Positions 50,799-58,502 of a DNA stretch of 64,000 nucleotides are shown one piece after another. The DNA lies in assembly GCA_000092065.1 (NCBI GenBank), contig CP000588.1; one strand, given 5' to 3'. A model generated the notes under the pieces. That model made no database searches and was not told the origin of the DNA. It saw nothing but the letters and a program-made list of their open reading frames with translations. The stretch's first letter is position 1. Each line of letters opens with the position of its first letter. This stretch comes from Ostreococcus lucimarinus (lineage: Eukaryota). Position numbers and translations under genes: made by a program.

Positions 50799-51065
50799 GT
50801 TTTGCGTCGGCGGGCGTGGAGTAATGACGCGCGTGCCGGCCTGACGCGCGTGCCGGCCTCGTGGTCGCGCTCTCGGCGGACGCGCGGAAAATCACCCGCG
50901 CGTCCGCCGAGACGCATTTAAGATACTTTGAGCGCCATCATCGCTACTTATGAGTCACGAACGGTGCTTTCGAGACTCGGTCAAAAATCACACGCGTGCG
51001 GCGCTTCAAACGTTTTTCGGCCTCGACGCGCCAACGCCGCGCGCGTCACACATCGTCTCGAAGCC

Positions 51066-51605
51066 ATGGGAAAGGTCCACGGTTCGCTCGCTCGCGCTGG
51101 TAAAGTACGTACACGATATTCTTCTCGATCGATGCGGCGCGCGCGGCGCGCGTTCGGCGCGGCGCGGCGCGCGCGGCGTGGGATCGTCGCGTTAGGGCTT
51201 CGCACGGCGGCGATCGACGACGCGCGCGGCGATCGACGCGCGGCGTCGCTTCGAACGCGCGAACGCGGGGAGTCGCGATGAGATGGCGCGATGGATGGGG
51301 TCGGACATCGCGCGCGGGCGGGAACGGGGCGCGAGATGCGTCGGCGTGGGGGCGCGGGGCGACGGGGCGATCCATGGATGATGGCGGGCGAGGGACTAGG
51401 GCTGAGACGCGCGCGAACGCGAGACTGACGAAGCGATTTCTTACGCGTTGATCAGGTTCGTGGTCAAACCCCGAAGGTCGCGAAACAAGAAAAGAAGAAG
51501 CAGCCCAAGGGCCGCGCGTTCCAACGCATCAAGTACAACCGTCGTTTCGTGAACGTCGTCGTGGGCATTGGCAAGAAGCGCTCGCCGAACTCTAACCAAG
51601 CGTAA
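51066..51605 (+). CDS. RPS30: Cytosolic ribosomal protein eS30 (RPS30), 2 exons: join(51066..51104, 51456..51605)
   Basis: Exon 1 '[13 protein letters not shown]' + GTACGT donor; 351-bp intron; acceptor ttgatcag; exon 2 '[49 protein letters not shown]'. Confidence 0.85.
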
Positions 51606-51616
51606 ACGACGAGAAG

Positions 51617-52198
51617 ATGATTAGTGTTTTCGGAAATCGTTTGAAAGGTGCGACGGCGGTGCGGTCGTTCGCTGTTAATAGTTTGGAGAGTATGAGAGGA
51701 TGTTTGATGAGTAGTGAGTTAGGCAGCCAGTGGGCGCCGGCGACGCGCTGGGCGAAGTCGATTGTTTCGACGACATCCGTCGCCGCCGGAGACGCCGCTG
51801 AGGGTCGATCGAGCCGACGTTCGCTGGACTTGAATCAAAAGTCTGGTGAAATCAAACCCGAATTAGTGAAAAAGTATCTGAGTGAGACCAACATGTCGAG
51901 GGGAGACGTGAACAAGCGCGCGCTCGCCGAAGAGCGAGCCGCGTTTGCGCGCGACGAACACGACACGGGGTCGAGCGAAGTACAAATCGCCAACTTGACC
52001 ATGCGCATTAAGCTCATGACGGAACATTTGCGTGAACATGGAAAGGACACGCACAGCCGTCACGGGCTCATGGCCATGCTCGAGCGCCGGAAGAAGCTTT
52101 TAAAGTACCTCCGACGCACCGACGGCGATAGGTACGCGGATGTCATTTTACGACTCGGTTTGAAGGATCGATCTTTCGTAGACGACAAGTACGCTTAA
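51617..52198 (+). CDS. RPS15: Organellar (bacterial-type) ribosomal protein uS15 with N-terminal targeting extension
   Basis: 'GSSEVQIANLTMRIKLMTEHLREHGKDTHSRHGLMAMLERRKKLLKYLRRTDGDRYADVILRLGL' is a canonical S15 domain. ATG at 51617 lies 11 nt after the RPS30 stop; the true start could be the internal M (MSSELGS…). Confidence 0.8.
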   Translation: MISVFGNRLKGATAVRSFAVNSLESMRGCLMSSELGSQWAPATRWAKSIVSTTSVAAGDAAEGRSSRRSLDLNQKSGEIKPELVKKYLSETNMSRGDVNKRALAEERAAFARDEHDTGSSEVQIANLTMRIKLMTEHLREHGKDTHSRHGLMAMLERRKKLLKYLRRTDGDRYADVILRLGLKDRSFVDDKYA

Positions 52199-52345
52199 TA
52201 TTTTGTGATACGAGTCTTCAACTGCGTTTACACCGCGTGCCCGTCTCCGCCTCCCGAACGACGCGACGACGTAGTCGCATTTTTTTCGTCCGGGCTCGAG
52301 CGCCAAAAAGCCGTTTGCCGTTCCTCACACGCCACCGCGCGCACC

Positions 52346-53302
52346 ATGCTCGCATCGCGTCTCGCCAACGCCGCGCGACGCGCCACCGCGAGAACCGCGC
52401 GCGCGTCTTCATCCGCGCCCGCGTCCGCACCGCTGCGCCGCGCGCACGCGCTCGCGACGCGTCGTCGGTCGTCCCGCTCGAGCGCTTCGCGAAGCGCGTC
52501 TTCATCGAACGATGCCGACGCCGAAGCGCGCTCGCGCGACGATTGGATCGTCGTCGGGTGCGATTCCGACGCCCACGGCGCGCTGTGCGTGATCTCGGGC
52601 GCGTCCGTGGGCTCGGTGCGAAGCGTGAACGTTCGGGACAATCCCACGAGCACGGTGACGGTGAACGGACGCGCGCGACTGCGACTGGACCCGGACGCCA
52701 TGCGCGGCGCGGTGCGCGCGCTGGGCGTGCCCAAAGGCACGAGGGTGTATTTGGAAGAGGGCGGGGTCGAGTTCGGGTTCAGCGCGCAGACGGCGTTCGT
52801 GCAAGGGTATAATTTCGGGCTGTGGCGAGGCGTGCTCGCGGCGGAGGAATTCGAAGTGCGCGTGGTGAAGCCGCAGGCGTGGAAAGCGGCGATGGGGTTG
52901 AAGTTCAAGGGAAGCACGAAGGATGATTCGATCGCGATGGCGAAGATGCTTTTTCCCGAGATCGCCGGCGAGCTGAAGCGGAAGAAGGATCACGGGAGAG
53001 CCGAGTCGTTGCTCATCGCCGCGTACGGGCACGTCGCAGACGGGGGCGCGGCGGCGAAAGAGGAAGACGAACTGTGTTCTCGCGTACGCGCCGCGCTCGC
53101 CGACCGAGGCGTCGTCGACCGCGAAGAGGGCGCGGCGATGCCGTACTTTGGGCCGTATTTCGGCATGACTGGGGAAGAATTGAGGAAAGAACTCAAAGCG
53201 CGCGGGTGCAAAGTCGGCGGCAACAAAGCCGACTTGATTTTACGTCTCGAGTCGAGCGACGCGGAGATCAACGAGCGCGAATCCAAGAGCGCCGCGGCGT
53301 AG
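52346..53302 (+). CDS. RNase H-fold RuvC/YqgF-like putative Holliday-junction resolvase with C-terminal SAP domain (MOC1-like candidate), organelle-targeted
   Basis: Transit-peptide-like 'MLASRLANAARRATARTARASSS'; 'DWIVVGCDSDAHGALCVI' resolvase-type start; C-terminal 'GEELRKELKARGCKVGGNKADLILRL' SAP motif. Track start 52205 is GTG; ATG at 52346. Confidence 0.65.
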   Translation: MLASRLANAARRATARTARASSSAPASAPLRRAHALATRRRSSRSSASRSASSSNDADAEARSRDDWIVVGCDSDAHGALCVISGASVGSVRSVNVRDNPTSTVTVNGRARLRLDPDAMRGAVRALGVPKGTRVYLEEGGVEFGFSAQTAFVQGYNFGLWRGVLAAEEFEVRVVKPQAWKAAMGLKFKGSTKDDSIAMAKMLFPEIAGELKRKKDHGRAESLLIAAYGHVADGGAAAKEEDELCSRVRAALADRGVVDREEGAAMPYFGPYFGMTGEELRKELKARGCKVGGNKADLILRLESSDAEINERESKSAAA

Positions 53303-53380
53303 GGTAGTATTCGAGTTGGCTTAATCATAAATCAATGTACAACACACTTCGCGCCGGCGGCGCGCGTTCGTCTCCGAAAG

Positions 53381-53770
53381 CTACGTCTCGTCGTCGGTCT
53401 CGCCCAGGCGTTCTCTCAACTTAAAAATCTCCACATCTCTCGCGCGCACCTCCTTCACCGCCCACACCAGCGGCGCGAACAGCACTAACGATCCCACGAT
53501 GCTCGGCAGCGCGATCGGGACGTAGTGCGTGCCGTACACCACGCACACGTTCCCCCACGGCGCGCACCGCAGCAGCAAGTCATCCTTCGTCAGCACCTCT
53601 CCGAGCATTTCCGCCGCCCTCGCGCGCGCGATGCGCGTCCGCGCGCGCGGCGCGCGCCCCGCGCGACGTCCGCGCGCGCCCACGCGGTGCTGAAGCGCGC
53701 GCGACGCGGTCGCCATGACGCCCGGCGCGCACTGCCGCCGCACACCCGGACGCATGAACGCCTGGTGCAT
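53381..53770 (-). CDS. Hypothetical small membrane protein (129 aa) with presequence-like N-terminus
   Basis: 'DDLLLRCAPWGNVCVVYGTHYVPIALPSIVGSLVLFAPLVWAVKEV' hydrophobic core. Track start 53833 is GTG; ATG at 53770. Confidence 0.4.
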   Translation of the reverse strand: MHQAFMRPGVRRQCAPGVMATASRALQHRVGARGRRAGRAPRARTRIARARAAEMLGEVLTKDDLLLRCAPWGNVCVVYGTHYVPIALPSIVGSLVLFAPLVWAVKEVRARDVEIFKLRERLGETDDET

Positions 53771-54194
53771 CGGCGCGCGCCGGCGACCGACGCACGGCGG
53801 CGGCGGCGACGCCGACGGCGGCGGTGATGGCACCGCGACCGCGTCGGGCGAGCGCGAGAGCGGCGCGGGGACGACGGGCGCGGGACAGCGGGTGAATCAC
53901 CTACACCAAGGACATCCGCCGTCTGAACGCGACCACAAGCGCGAATTAGAGCTCAAGCGCGGCACGCGACGAGCGAGGGTGTGCATCGGAGCGTTGTTCG
54001 TCGGTTCGCTCGCGCTCGCGAGCGGAAGGCCGTTTTATGCGCCTTATATAGATGTGTTCGGGGACGCGAACGCGAACGCGACGGCGACCTCGGGCGGCGC
54101 CGTCCTCGCGGCGCCGCCGCCGCCGCCGTCCGCGGCGTCGGGGAGACGGAAGAAACGAACAGGCGCGCGAAAGTTTGGATTCCTGTTCGGGTAG
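53715..54194 (+). CDS. Hypothetical ORF (160 aa) with one TM helix; weak
   Basis: ATG-initiated; Gly/Arg-rich N-terminal half, C-terminal 'VCIGALFVGSLALASGRPFYAPYIDVFG'. Overlaps the 5' end of the antisense small ORF. Confidence 0.2.
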   Translation: MTPGAHCRRTPGRMNAWCIGARRRPTHGGGGDADGGGDGTATASGERESGAGTTGAGQRVNHLHQGHPPSERDHKRELELKRGTRRARVCIGALFVGSLALASGRPFYAPYIDVFGDANANATATSGGAVLAAPPPPPSAASGRRKKRTGARKFGFLFG

Positions 54195-54204
54195 CGCGCG
54201 CGCG

Positions 54205-54228
54205 GATTGATTGATTGATTGATTGATT
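54205..54228. repeat. (GATT)6 microsatellite
   Basis: Direct reading: gattgattgattgattgattgatt. Confidence 0.9.
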
Positions 54229-54416
54229 ATATTTGGACGAGCGGCGGCGCGTCGAGGCGTCGCCGACGAGCCACACTAGAGTTAGACCACGCATGTATTA
54301 GGCACCACAGCGAAATATTCGTACGCACCGCATGCGCTTCAATTACAACGTGATCCCTTAAAATTTACGCCCGCCCACGCGCGCGCGAACCGTCGCGCGC
54401 GCGCCGCGACCGCGCC

Positions 54417-54735
54417 CTACGCCGTGCGTCGCATCACTTCGTCCTTCGCGCATTCATCCACGCACTTGTACATGTCAAAATATTGCCCCTGCGCGCGCCA
54501 TCGTCTTTCCGAGTCAGTCTCCGCGCGTCGTCGCCGTCCTCGTTCGCTCGTTCGCGTCTCTCGCGTCTCTCGGTCGCCTCGCCTCGCGCACCGTGCAGTG
54601 CGCCTCCCCCGTCTCGTCTCCCTTGATCCTCTCCGCGCACGCCTCGTACAGCTTGACGAACTTTTCGCACTTCGGCATGCACTTCTCCTCCACCTCGGGC
54701 TTGTGATCGACCGGTTCGTCGTCGTCGTCCTCCAC
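54417..54735 (-). CDS. QCR6: Ubiquinol-cytochrome c reductase hinge protein (QCR6/UQCRH), two exons resolved (54592..54735+, 54417..54488), 5' start exon unresolved
   Basis: 'DDDDEPVDHKPEVEEKCMPKCEKFVKLYEACAERIKGDETGEAHCT' + GTGCGC donor; 103-bp intron; acceptor …cag; 'GQYFDMYKCVDECAKDEVMRRTA*'. Matches the hinge protein (EESCKPKC…HCTGQYFDYW.CVDKC). The track 'M' at 54735 is GTG; an acceptor-like cag at 54743-54745 suggests a tiny upstream start exon. Confidence 0.7.
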
Positions 54736-55125
54736 GTCCGTCCTGTCGTCGCGTCGTCGTCGTCGCGATCGTCGTCAGTCGTCGCGATCGACGTCGTCGC
54801 GTCGTTCGGCGCGTCGTTCGCCCGCGCCCGCGCGCGTCGTTCGCCCGCGCGCGTCGTTCGCCCGCGCGGCGCGCCCGCGGTCGCACGCACATCGTTCTCC
54901 CGCGCGTCCGCGTCGCCGTGTGCCGACGCGACCGCTCGAGCGATCGTCCAGGGGCGCGCGCGCGATCGTCGCCGCACACCGCGACGCGCGTCGCGCGCCC
55001 GCGACCAGTTCCGCGCGCGTTCGCTCGCGCGCGTTTCGCGTCACCGTTTCGCGCGGTTTCGTCGCTCGAACGCGCTCGACGGCGACGCCGCGCGCGGATT
55101 CGTCGCGCGCGCCGGCGCGCGCGCG
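54736..55125. promoter_or_regulatory. Putative shared bidirectional promoter between QCR6 (-) and NDUFA13 (+)
   Basis: 390-bp GC-rich spacer between the 5' end of the QCR6 exon and the NDUFA13 ATG. It contains direct repeats 'cgcgcgtcgttcgcccgcgc' x3 (54819-54880). Confidence 0.4.
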
Positions 55126-55749
55126 ATGACGGAGGTCACGACGCGCGGGACGCCGGGCCTGCGCTCGGTGCGCGATCTACCGATCGTGCAGGTGCGGCGA
55201 TCGATGCGAAAAGTTTTCGCGCGTCGCGGACGGCGCGCGGTGGCGGACGCGCGCGGTCGCGAAGGGCGCGCGCGCGCGCGAACGATGGCGCGCGAAGGCG
55301 GTGGGTTGGGTGGAGGACGCGGCGCGCGAGACGCGCGCGAAGCCGGAGACTGACGAACGCGCGATGCGCGCGCTCGGAAACAGGATGGACCGCCGCCGGG
55401 AGGATACTCCGCGATTCGATACGGACGGCGAATTCCGAGCACGGGACCGACGGGCGCGGCGCTGCTCGCGGTGTACGCCGGGATGTTTACGTACGGGTTT
55501 TATCAAATCGGCGTCGGAAACCGCGAGAGGCGAGAGGCCAAGGAGGAGAAGATCTTAGCGCGAGCGGTGATCGTGCCGTATTTACAAGCGGAGGAAGATA
55601 GACGGTTCGTGCGCGCGTGGACGGCGAAGAAAGAGAACGACAAGGCGATCATGGCTGAGGTGCGAGGATGGGACGCGGACGCGCGTCCGACGACGTCGAG
55701 GTGGATGCCGCCGGGCGCCTCGACGCGACCGAGCATGGCGAAGTCGTGA
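55126..55749 (+). CDS. NDUFA13: Complex I subunit NDUFA13 (GRIM-19/B16.6), 2 exons: join(55126..55191, 55384..55749)
   Basis: Exon 1 'MTEVTTRGTPGLRSVRDLPIVQ' + GTGCGG donor; acceptor aaacag; exon 2 'DGPPPGGYSAIRYGRRIPSTGPTGAALLAVYAGMFTYGFYQIGVGNRERREAKEEKILARAVIVPYLQAEEDRRFV…RWMPPGA', near-collinear with plant GRIM-19. Confidence 0.85.
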
Positions 55750-55911
55750 TGGACGCGCGGTCGGTGTGGCGGTGTGTTCTCTAGCGTGTGTAAAACAATC
55801 AAACAAACGAATGAACGACCGATGAGAAGATCGAAGCGAAGCGAAGCGCGTCCCGCTCGCCTCGCGCGCGTCGCCGCACTCGTCGCCGCGCGCGCCGCCT
55901 CGACGCTCGCG

Positions 55912-56709
55912 ATGCGTCGTCGCGCGGGCGTGAGCGCGATTAAGCACGCGAACGAGCTCGACGACAAATTTCGTCGTTTGGGCGTCGAGCGCGCGCGATT
56001 CCGCGAGGAAGAGACGCAAAAACAGTTGCAAAAGTTCACCTCGCAACTCGAACGGTTCGCCGCGTCGCACCGCGACGGCATTCGAGCCGACCCCGAGCTC
56101 CGCGCCGCGTTCCACGCCATGTGCGCGTCCGTGGGCGTGGACCCGCTGGCGTCGAGGAAGAGCGCGTGGGGACAGATTTTGGGCTTGGGCGACTTTTACG
56201 TCGAGCTCGCGGTGGGCGTCGCCGACTGTTGTTTGGCCTCGCGCGCGCACGACGGCGGATTGTGCGAATTGAGCGCCCTCGTCGATCGCGTGAATCGTCG
56301 ACGGTCGAGCGCGGTGGGACAGGTGAGCGCGGACGACGTCGAACGCGCCATCGGCGCGCTCGCGACGCTCGGCGGCGGTTGGCGCGTGGAATCGACGGGG
56401 ACGGCGTCGAAATCAAACGGTGACTCGGCGCGACGCCCAAACGGCGCGGTTAAGATGGTTCGGAGCGTGCCCATGGAGCTTAGCGATGACGTCAACGCCG
56501 CGCTCGCGTTTGCGAAGGACACGCCCGAGGGACGCGCGACGACGGCGGAGCTCGAGGAATCGCTCGCGTGGTCGCGCGCTCGCGCCGAGGACGCGCTCGA
56601 AGCCGCCGTGAAGCTCGGCGTCGCGCTCGTGGACGATCAGAACAACGATCCAGGTCACGCGCGTTTATACTGGTTTCCAGCGTTCCGCGCGGATTTGTAC
56701 GCGGGATGA
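55912..56709 (+). CDS. VPS22: ESCRT-II subunit Vps22/EAP30
   Basis: 'MRRRAGVSAIKHANELDDKFRRLG…FHAMCASVGVDPLAS…WGQILGLGDFYVELAVGVADCC' matches Vps22 throughout; two winged-helix regions. ATG at 55912. Confidence 0.85.
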   Translation: MRRRAGVSAIKHANELDDKFRRLGVERARFREEETQKQLQKFTSQLERFAASHRDGIRADPELRAAFHAMCASVGVDPLASRKSAWGQILGLGDFYVELAVGVADCCLASRAHDGGLCELSALVDRVNRRRSSAVGQVSADDVERAIGALATLGGGWRVESTGTASKSNGDSARRPNGAVKMVRSVPMELSDDVNAALAFAKDTPEGRATTAELEESLAWSRARAEDALEAAVKLGVALVDDQNNDPGHARLYWFPAFRADLYAG

Positions 56710-56805
56710 TGATCCGTCGCGAGCCGTCGCGTCGATTCGTCGCGTTGACCGACGTCGCGTTGACCGCACGCGCACAGCCATTTCTCGACGCTTCGGTCGG
56801 TCGGC

Positions 56806-57888
56806 ATGGGCGACCCGCCGCCGCGAACGGGTCCTTCGGCAAAGTCACAGCGACGCTTGTCCGATGATTTTCGAGGCGGCGCGCACGCGTTTCGCCGTAG
56901 AGTTCAAGAGGTCTACGGCGACGACGAACCGGCGCTCAACGAGTGGCACGACTTGTGCGGGAGATTGGTGGACAACGGTTTGCTCCCCACGCGGTTGTGC
57001 GAGCTGAGCCTCACGGAGAGCTCATCTCGCGACGTAGAGCTGCGCGCGTTGATTGGCATGCAAATCGTCGGGCGGTACGTGTTGGAGGAAATGTTTACAA
57101 ACAAACTCGTGGCGACTACCGGAGAGGCTCAACGATTCTTCTCGGACATCGCGAGCGCGCAGACGTTCACGGATCTGTGCCCGAAGTTGTTTCCGTATCG
57201 CGATCCGAACTCGGCCAAGCGGCGAGGGGCGTGGACGCAAGAGAAGGAACGCGCGAACGCGGCGAGCACGATCATAGCGGCGGCGGCGTACGACGTGAGT
57301 CGACTGCGCGGCGGCGAATCGGCGTTGAAGCAGCTCGCAAAGTTTCTTTGTTTTAGCGCGCTGGCGCAGCGTCGAATGACAGCGCAACAGATCGCGAACC
57401 CAAAAGGCTTACTCTTAGAGCTCAACGGTGAAACGATCACCGAGCGCGTGCCGGGAACGGCGGATCACGAACCCGTGTTCGCCGCCGAAGCAATCTGGCC
57501 GGCGAAGACGAGCGGCGAGCCCAAGTTCCAAAGGCAAGCCTTGGGAAAGTCGAAAAAAGCCGCCGAGGCACAGGCCTCGCTGCTGTTGCTCACCGATTAC
57601 GGTCACATCATCAAATCCGTCGACGCCGGCGACGAGGACGAAAGCGCGCGCGCGGAAAAAAAGCGCGCGCGTTTAGAAAACGCCTTCGGCGAAGCCAAAA
57701 CCTTCGGCGCTCACCTCGTGTCTTGCGAAAACGTCCGTGGCTCGGGTCAGCCGCCTCTATTCGTCGCGATGATGCGACTCGCCTCCCACGCATGCACGTT
57801 AGAGTTCGTCGCCGAGGCCGACACCAAAAAACAAGCCGTGCGCGCGGCGTCGCAACAACTCTTAGCCGCCATCGGCAAGTACGCGTGA
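56806..57888 (+). CDS. RNase III-like domain (degenerate catalytic signature) + dsRBD protein; mitoribosomal mL44-like candidate
   Basis: 'LRALIGMQIVGRYVLEEMF' in place of ERLEFLGD; 'ANAASTIIAAAAYD' (compare EALIGAIYLD); C-terminal dsRBM-like 'EPVFAAEAIWPAKTSGEPKFQRQALGKSKKAAEAQASLLLL'. ATG at 56806. Confidence 0.65.
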   Translation: MGDPPPRTGPSAKSQRRLSDDFRGGAHAFRRRVQEVYGDDEPALNEWHDLCGRLVDNGLLPTRLCELSLTESSSRDVELRALIGMQIVGRYVLEEMFTNKLVATTGEAQRFFSDIASAQTFTDLCPKLFPYRDPNSAKRRGAWTQEKERANAASTIIAAAAYDVSRLRGGESALKQLAKFLCFSALAQRRMTAQQIANPKGLLLELNGETITERVPGTADHEPVFAAEAIWPAKTSGEPKFQRQALGKSKKAAEAQASLLLLTDYGHIIKSVDAGDEDESARAEKKRARLENAFGEAKTFGAHLVSCENVRGSGQPPLFVAMMRLASHACTLEFVAEADTKKQAVRAASQQLLAAIGKYA

Positions 57889-57974
57889 GTCGACGCCTTC
57901 CCGCGTTCGCCCCTCCGCGCGCGCCGACGACCGCCTCTCGGCCTCGTTCGTTCGCTCGCCTCTCGGCCTCGTTT

Positions 57975-58340
57975 TCACAGATACTTCTCGCACAAGTGCA
58001 ACAAATCGTCCACCTCGTCCTCCGTCAGCCTCCGCGCGCACTTCTCCACCACCGCGTGCACCGTCACCCGCTCCGTCGGTTTCAGATTGATCAGCTGCAC
58101 CACCTCCGCCTGCGTCAGCTCGATCGCCGCGATGTGTTCGATGAACAATCGCACGTTCTCGCGGTCCTGCGCCCCCGCCGGCGCCGCGCGCAGCGCGTCG
58201 TAGCACTCCATCTCCGTCGGGAACGGGTCGTGCGGCTGCGGGTACGTCGCCAGCCGTCCCGGCTCCCCCGCGCGCTCGCGCAGCAGGTCCAGGACCTCGA
58301 CGTTCGTCAGCAGGCCCTCGGCGACGCCGAGCACGCGCAT
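57975..58340 (-). CDS. RNA polymerase Rpb4-fold subunit (Pol III RPC9/CGRP-RCP-like)
   Basis: 121 aa; 'NVEVLDLLRE', 'LTQAEVVQLINLKPT', 'ARRLTEDEVDDLLHL' parallel RPC9 ('LTKAEKLQLLNHRP', 'EERLTEEQIEALL'). ATG at 58340. Confidence 0.7.
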   Translation of the reverse strand: MRVLGVAEGLLTNVEVLDLLRERAGEPGRLATYPQPHDPFPTEMECYDALRAAPAGAQDRENVRLFIEHIAAIELTQAEVVQLINLKPTERVTVHAVVEKCARRLTEDEVDDLLHLCEKYL

Positions 58341-58502
58341 GTCGGCGCGTCAGCGTCGCTCGCGCGCCGAAATGACGCCGGCGGTCGGGACATCCGGCGG
58401 CGCGACATTCGCGCGCGCGCGACGCGTCGCCGACGCGCCCTCGGCTCGGCGCGCGCGCGACGCGACGCGACGCGCACGAGCGCGTCGATATTCGCGCGCG
58501 CG

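Noticed and set aside
51105-51455. Possible snoRNA in the RPS30 intron (ATGATG…CTGA…CTGA around 51370-51430)
   Set aside because: The C-box is imperfect (ATGATGg), the C-to-D spacing is about 55 nt, and there is no terminal stem. Too weak to report as a feature.
2036-58340. ORF-track start codons taken at face value
   Set aside because: Many track 'M' positions are TTG or GTG (for example 1562, 2036, 14625, 19379, 22810, 37122, 47923, 52205, 53833, 54735, 55471), which is inappropriate for a eukaryotic nuclear genome. I re-derived starts at in-frame ATGs or inferred upstream exons.
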